Source: Candidatus Heimdallarchaeota archaeon
Lineage (GTDB): Archaea; Asgardarchaeota; Heimdallarchaeia; Hodarchaeales; Hodarchaeaceae
Assembly (NCBI GenBank): GCA_019057635.1
Contig: DXJL01000156.1
Coordinates: 64,146 to 128,145 of the forward strand
Direction of reading: 5' to 3'
Length of the DNA: 64,000 nucleotides
Shown here: positions 59,093-64,000 of the stretch, piece after piece
Position numbering within the stretch: position 1 is the first letter of the stretch
How the letters are laid out: each line of letters opens with the position of its first letter
Made by a program: the position numbers and the translations under genes
Notes under the pieces: model-generated
Database searches by the model: none
The model's input: the letters and a program-made list of their open reading frames with translations, nothing else
What the model was told of the DNA's origin: nothing

Positions 59093-59809
59093 GTGATCCT
59101 CATGAGTAGCCCAAACCCCGGAAGCGAAACAACCGTTATTATCCCAACTTTGAACGAGGAGAAAAATATAGAAAATATGATTACTCAATTACTCAGTTAT
59201 TATCCTGGTATTTCTATTATAGTTGCTGATGATGGATCTAAGGACAAAACAGGAACAATAGTTTCCGATTTTCATGCAAAGAATGAACTAATACGATTTC
59301 TTGATCGGAAAGATGAAGAAATCAAGGGATTAACTATCTCACTAATTGATGCTTTGGAAATTACGCAGACACGATATTTTGTTGTAATCGATTCTGATTT
59401 TCAGCACCCTCCCGAAAAAATTGGTGAAGGAATAAAACTTTTCGATACGGGTAGTCAATTAATAATTGGTACACGTACGAGTGTTGAAGGCTGGGGTCTT
59501 AAAAGGAAAATTATTTCGTGGGGAGCAACAACATTGGGAAAAATCAGTTTATTCTTACGGAGACGACCGAGGCCTAAAGATATAATGAGTGGTTTTTTCG
59601 GAGGCCAGACGGAATACGTTAATACAATTATCCGTAATCATCCAAAAACAATTTCTCCACGTGGTTATAAACTTCTATTTGATATTTTAAAGGTTTTACC
59701 AAGAGATACTCAGATTGGAGAATATTATTATGAATTTCAAACGCGACAAGCAGGAGAATCAAAAATAGGTCTAAAACATATACTTGTTTATTTTCGTTCT
59801 CTTTTTTGA
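59093..59809 (+). CDS. Family-2 glycosyltransferase (dolichyl-phosphate sugar transferase-like)
   Basis: …VIIPTLNEEKNI…IVADDGSKDKT…VIDSDFQHPP… contains the GT-A DxD/DSD motifs. Confidence 0.8.
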   Translation: MILMSSPNPGSETTVIIPTLNEEKNIENMITQLLSYYPGISIIVADDGSKDKTGTIVSDFHAKNELIRFLDRKDEEIKGLTISLIDALEITQTRYFVVIDSDFQHPPEKIGEGIKLFDTGSQLIIGTRTSVEGWGLKRKIISWGATTLGKISLFLRRRPRPKDIMSGFFGGQTEYVNTIIRNHPKTISPRGYKLLFDILKVLPRDTQIGEYYYEFQTRQAGESKIGLKHILVYFRSLF

Positions 59810-59832
59810 GAAGAAAAAATCGCTTTAGAAAT

Positions 59833-60456
59833 TCAGGTTTGTCGCTGTTCTGGAACTGTGCGTTGGGGAGTAGCTTTTAGTCGACTTGTCGCTCGGCTAG
59901 TCTTTCGTTGATTTTCTACAAATCTCATGACATTCGTCCCAAGAACGCCAAAAGCATTCTGAATGTTGATGCCTGTCTTTGCTGATGTCTCTATATAATG
60001 ACATTCGAATCCCTCAGCTTTTGTAAGGTTCGATAAACGATTGGTGAATACTCGACCTTGTTCTGGGGAAACTGTATCGTCAGATAGTTCCCTCATATCA
60101 ATTTTGTTGGCTACCACCACTATAGGCACGCGTCCTCTCCCGTTGTTCGCCCAAAGTTCATTAATCCATTTCGGTGTATTAAAATAAGAATCAGGACGGG
60201 TCACATCATAGACCAAGAGGGCACCGACACATCCTTTATAGTATACTTCTCTGACGGCATCAAATCGTTGTTGTCCTGCTAAATCCCAGATTTGATAACG
60301 GATATCCAATCCATTAATAATATCGTCTCTCATAGCGAAATCTGCACCGATAGTCAGGAGATATTGTGATTTGAAACCTTTACCTAAGTACCGCTCTCGA
60401 ATAGCTGTTTTTCCTACCCCTCCATCTCCAATAAGTACGATTTTTAAAACGGTCAC
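59833..60456 (-). CDS. Rab-like small GTPase with basic C-terminal tail
   Basis: G1 GDGGVGKTA, G3 WDLAGQQ, G4 ANKIDM, G5 TSAKTG. The C-terminus reads …RKTSRATSRLKATPQRT…. Confidence 0.85.
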   Translation of the reverse strand: MTVLKIVLIGDGGVGKTAIRERYLGKGFKSQYLLTIGADFAMRDDIINGLDIRYQIWDLAGQQRFDAVREVYYKGCVGALLVYDVTRPDSYFNTPKWINELWANNGRGRVPIVVVANKIDMRELSDDTVSPEQGRVFTNRLSNLTKAEGFECHYIETSAKTGINIQNAFGVLGTNVMRFVENQRKTSRATSRLKATPQRTVPEQRQT

Positions 60457-60738
60457 TCGTCACTCTTCCAACTATCAATGGATAAAACTAAGAATAAAAC
60501 TTATTATGTCTTTCTAGTAATATTCTCCGAATATCCTGTGAATCAGTATTGTTAATTTCACTCTCAAGCGTTTTTCCACTAATTTGACGACGTAAGTATG
60601 CACATTTATTAACAGTATTTCAATTTTTAGATTTGATTAATGGAACTTTCAAAAGATTTTTTTAAGAAATGGGGTTACTTAAGCAGACATTAATGGAAAA
60701 GAGATTTCACTCAACTAAAAAAACAGTGGGTTAGTAAT

Positions 60739-61725
60739 ATGGGCAATGTATTGTTGTTGAATAGAAAACAGGTAGAAACTGTTTTGGATATGAAAGATAC
60801 AATTAAAGCAATGAAAACTGCATTTGGTCAGCTTTCAGATGGTACTGCAATCCTTCCACAACGGATTGTAATTTCGAGTAAGAAAGGTTTGAGCCTCTAT
60901 ATGCCTGCTTACCTTCCACAATCAAAATCACTTGCGGTTAAAGTGGTTACTGTCTTTAAAGACAATCTAAAATCGTACGATCTTCCGACGACACTGGGAA
61001 AAGTACTTTTACAAGATATTGAAACAGGTGATGTTATTTGTATCATGGATGGAGGTTTCTTAACAGCCATGCGGACAGGGGCAGTTTCTGGATGTGCTAT
61101 TGATTATTTAGCGAAAAAAGAAACTGAAACAGTGGGATTATTTGGTACAGGTGTACAGGGTATGACCCAGTTGTGGGCCGCTTGTGTAGCAAGACCATCT
61201 ATTACCAAGGGCAAGGTATTTGATGTTCGTAGGGATATTGCTGAAAATTTTGCCCAGCAAATGACTGATAAGCTGAAGATTCCAATAGAAGTAGCTAATT
61301 CAGCAGAAGATATCATTGAAAGTTCTGAAATTGTATTGACTGCTACTACATCTGCCGCACCGATTTTTCATGGAAAATGGATCCAACCAGGTACCCATAT
61401 ATCAGGGATCGGGTCGCATAGTCCCGGCACACGTGAATTAGATAGTGAAACAATTGTTCGTTCCAAAGTTGTATGCGACCAAGTTAGTGCATGCCTCGCA
61501 GAAGCAGGAGATATTATTATACCTATTACTGAAGGTATAATCACTAAAGAGCATATCTATGGAGAATTAGGTGAGATAATTACAGGAAAAAAGGCAGGTA
61601 GGGAAGATAATCAAGAAATTACGTTGTTTAAGTCAGTAGGTTTAGCAGTTCAAGATGCAGCTACCGCGAAATTAGTATTTGATAAGGCTAAAGCTGACAA
61701 CATTGGAACAACGGTCGATATTTAG
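60739..61725 (+). CDS. Ornithine cyclodeaminase/μ-crystallin family protein (archaeal alanine dehydrogenase-like)
   Basis: …LLNRKQVETVLDM…; Rossmann motif GLFGTGVQG; size of 328 aa is typical of the OCD family. Confidence 0.8.
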   Translation: MGNVLLLNRKQVETVLDMKDTIKAMKTAFGQLSDGTAILPQRIVISSKKGLSLYMPAYLPQSKSLAVKVVTVFKDNLKSYDLPTTLGKVLLQDIETGDVICIMDGGFLTAMRTGAVSGCAIDYLAKKETETVGLFGTGVQGMTQLWAACVARPSITKGKVFDVRRDIAENFAQQMTDKLKIPIEVANSAEDIIESSEIVLTATTSAAPIFHGKWIQPGTHISGIGSHSPGTRELDSETIVRSKVVCDQVSACLAEAGDIIIPITEGIITKEHIYGELGEIITGKKAGREDNQEITLFKSVGLAVQDAATAKLVFDKAKADNIGTTVDI

Positions 61726-62010
61726 TTTTTAGCTCGTACCAAATGCTCGTAAAAGCTTATATCACAGTTTTTTTGATTAGATGAAAACCAATAAACCAAA
61801 GCCACCCGATTGAAGCCGATAACTCAATTCGGATATTTTAACCCTTCGGGTAATCAGTGGAGAGAGAGTTTTTAAATGTTATCATCAGAGATCTTACCAT
61901 TTTGCATTTCAAGTAAGAGTATTGGCTTAACGAACCATCGGCTTTATTTTTATACATGGGCTTTCGATGAGCAAATAAAGGAGCAATTATTGGAGTATTG
62001 GGCAATTTAG

Positions 62011-62598
62011 ATGAATGGAGGCAAAAAAAGCAGCAGTCCCCCACATCATCGCAAAGTGTATGTATATACTCTAGGATTTGAAAATGTTGAAGATGTTGCA
62101 TTTTATTTAAACGCTTTTGCTATCCCTTTCCTTTTGATGGCTGTTCCAGCTGGTTTGATAGCTGCACGTATAGGTAGAGCAAAAACAATCAGAATTGGAC
62201 TCATAGGTATACTTATAGCTTTAGTTCCCCTTGCTGTATTACCTATGCGTTCTCTAGCCGAATCAAATCAATCTTCCGCCTTATCTATATTGGTTATCTG
62301 CCTTGTATTTGGTGGGTTAAGTTGGGCCTTAGTGAATATCAATAGTATAGTAATAGTGTGGGAGATTGGAGGAGAAAAACGAGGAGCGTATACGGGTTTG
62401 TACTATTTCTTCAGTATGTTGGCCGCAGTAGCTGGACCACCCATTGTAGGATTAATGCTTACCGTTACCAATATGTTTATTGGCGGCCCAGGAAAAGAAA
62501 TGGATTTTCTCTTTTTAATGTCAGTTACTTTTCTTTTTCTCGCATTCCTTGCGATGTTTAAAGTAAAAACAGGAGAATTGGGCCAAAAATTGGAATAA
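62011..62598 (+). CDS. Membrane protein resembling an MFS half-transporter (possible truncated remnant)
   Basis: About 5-6 hydrophobic helices. …LIAARIGRAKTI… resembles MFS motif A. It is too short for a full 12-TM MFS and there is no room upstream for a second half. Confidence 0.4.
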   Translation: MNGGKKSSSPPHHRKVYVYTLGFENVEDVAFYLNAFAIPFLLMAVPAGLIAARIGRAKTIRIGLIGILIALVPLAVLPMRSLAESNQSSALSILVICLVFGGLSWALVNINSIVIVWEIGGEKRGAYTGLYYFFSMLAAVAGPPIVGLMLTVTNMFIGGPGKEMDFLFLMSVTFLFLAFLAMFKVKTGELGQKLE

Positions 62599-62625
62599 GA
62601 GTTAATTCTTATTCTCACTTTTTTC

Positions 62626-64000
62626 CTAGACTAACATTTCAAAGAACCACACAAGATCCAATAATAAAGAATAACTGATTGTAATTCCTTCTTTTGACCT
62701 TGTTCCGAGGATAGAATATTCGATACCTTTTTCAGAACCCTTCACTTTAATATTTAAATTTCCAGCCTTACTAATTTGATTTGCAACAACAGTTCTGTGT
62801 TTAATTTGGCCTTGGATATATTGAGTACCAGTTATCTCGATGTTTTTCCATGGAGTATCCCAAGAAGGTGATCGTGAATTGTGGGGATTGTTTATTTGAA
62901 GAGAAAATTGTTGTTTGGGAATTTGTATGGAATTTCCCTTCAGAAGTGCTTGTTCAGAGGAAGGAAAAGTCACACGAATGAGGGGCAATTGAGATGAGAA
63001 CGTCTTAATATCAACTGAGTTCTCCTGATAATTAATATTTTTGGCTTGATACCGAATTGAGGTAAACAATGGGATTAAAAGATTAGATTCCGTTGATTTT
63101 TGGACAATATGCTTCGCATTTGGCGGTCTTACTGTTTCAAGTTGCTCAGTAATTACTTCCTTTTTCGGGTGAATTTTCTTTTCTTCCAGTTTTTTCAAAT
63201 CTCTCTCTGGATGAAGCTTGATTTTTGGAAGTTTAGTAAGTTCATACGAAACCTCCTCGGCTTGATATTTTTTCGTATACCTGTCTTTTGAAGTTTGAGT
63301 TACAGGGCTACTTGCTGGGAACCAAGATACTGTAAAGTCTCTTGAATCTTCCTGTGTTTTATCTGATTTTAGTAGATACCCTTTTTGATTCAGTAGACCC
63401 ACAGAGGCCAAAGCCATATTGTAAGCGTTGAGGAAGCTGTTCGAAGTCATAGATTCCATTCTGATTTGAATGACAGTTGTGCCATCTTGATACCAATAGA
63501 GGCTATATGCTTCAATATCGTAGTTTCGTCGAAGCATCTCTCCCAGTTCTGTTTCTAGAAACAAATTACGAACAAATACTGAATTCTCAGCACTTATTTT
63601 AAAACGCTGGTCAAACAGAGGAACTCCCAACTTAACTCTAGTTTTAGGATCATTCCAAGTAATTTGAGGAGATACTAAAAGATCTAACCTCTCATTACTT
63701 GACTGGCGAAATTTAGCCTTATCAATAACACCTCGCAAAATTAAATCGCGGTCTGTTACCCCTTCTTGTTTATTTGTTATAACTTTAATCTCAAGAGACT
63801 TGAAGGGACCTGCTTTGTGTGATTCTATAATTGGATCAGAAGATAACCCACCATAATCAATAATTTTGGTATCTGGATAACGACGGACAAGGTAATAGAA
63901 TACATCCTTCGCGAAGGTATTCTCGTCCTTTATATTTTGGGAGTATAAGGCGTAAATAATGAAATAAAGAAAAATGAGAACAATTCCTATTATGAATACA
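62626..64000 (-). CDS. Membrane-anchored extracytoplasmic protein, 5′-partial (runs off the window end)
   Basis: The minus-strand ORF continues in frame beyond 63738 to the window edge. The upstream part encodes a hydrophobic signal-anchor (…IIGIVLIFLYFIIYALY…). The rest is polar and Ser/Thr/Asn-rich. Confidence 0.55.
   Translation of the reverse strand, partial: VFIIGIVLIFLYFIIYALYSQNIKDENTFAKDVFYYLVRRYPDTKIIDYGGLSSDPIIESHKAGPFKSLEIKVITNKQEGVTDRDLILRGVIDKAKFRQSSNERLDLLVSPQITWNDPKTRVKLGVPLFDQRFKISAENSVFVRNLFLETELGEMLRRNYDIEAYSLYWYQDGTTVIQIRMESMTSNSFLNAYNMALASVGLLNQKGYLLKSDKTQEDSRDFTVSWFPASSPVTQTSKDRYTKKYQAEEVSYELTKLPKIKLHPERDLKKLEEKKIHPKKEVITEQLETVRPPNAKHIVQKSTESNLLIPLFTSIRYQAKNINYQENSVDIKTFSSQLPLIRVTFPSSEQALLKGNSIQIPKQQFSLQINNPHNSRSPSWDTPWKNIEITGTQYIQGQIKHRTVVANQISKAGNLNIKVKGSEKGIEYSILGTRSKEGITISYSLLLDLVWFFEMLV

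Noticed and set aside
1-64000. A search for CRISPR arrays, IS elements, transposase or integrase genes, and long identical DNA repeats.
   Set aside because: No regularly spaced direct repeats, no DDE or serine/tyrosine recombinase-like ORFs and no terminal inverted repeats were seen. The Top6B repeats are protein-level and degenerate at the DNA level.

Overview
The window is a low-GC (about 30-35%), gene-dense stretch of an archaeal chromosome with about 50 genes and short intergenic gaps. Many genes use TTG or GTG starts, and several gene ends overlap.

The content points to an Asgard, Lokiarchaeia-like archaeon (inference). Six intact eukaryote-like Ras/Rab-type small GTPases and one decayed copy sit next to roadblock/longin-like and long coiled-coil proteins. 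Bacterial-type gyrase (gyrB, gyrA) and UvrB/UvrC coexist with archaeal topoisomerase VI and an SMC-ScpA-ScpB condensin.

The most unusual locus is a collinear gyrB-gyrA-top6B-top6A cluster on the + strand (10988-23908). Its Topo VI B subunit is a 2318-aa giant. A normal GHKL ATPase and transducer core of about 520 aa is followed by about 1800 aa of roughly 25 tandem, degenerate (HhH)2-like units. This layout resembles topoisomerase V but sits on a Topo VI scaffold. The Top6A/Spo11 subunit carries an extra N-terminal region of about 95 aa with a possible ubiquitin-like (β-grasp) fold.

Other items worth a second look:
- a small-GTPase pseudogene broken by TGA, TAG and TAA in one frame plus a frameshift (33.8-34.5 kb)
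- a GTPase with degenerate G3 and G4 motifs
- a GC-rich island of about 340 nt in AT-rich surroundings (9.1-9.45 kb), a likely structured ncRNA
- two adjacent ScpB-like paralogues near smc-scpA
- a TrmB-like helix-turn-helix fused to a giant coiled coil inside the SMC locus
- a membrane-tethered RCK protein translationally coupled to a soluble RCK paralogue
- a stand-alone DUF499/BrxC-like P-loop ATPase
- a four-subunit 2-oxoacid:ferredoxin oxidoreductase operon (porGDAB order)

No CRISPR array, IS element, rRNA or clear tRNA was seen.
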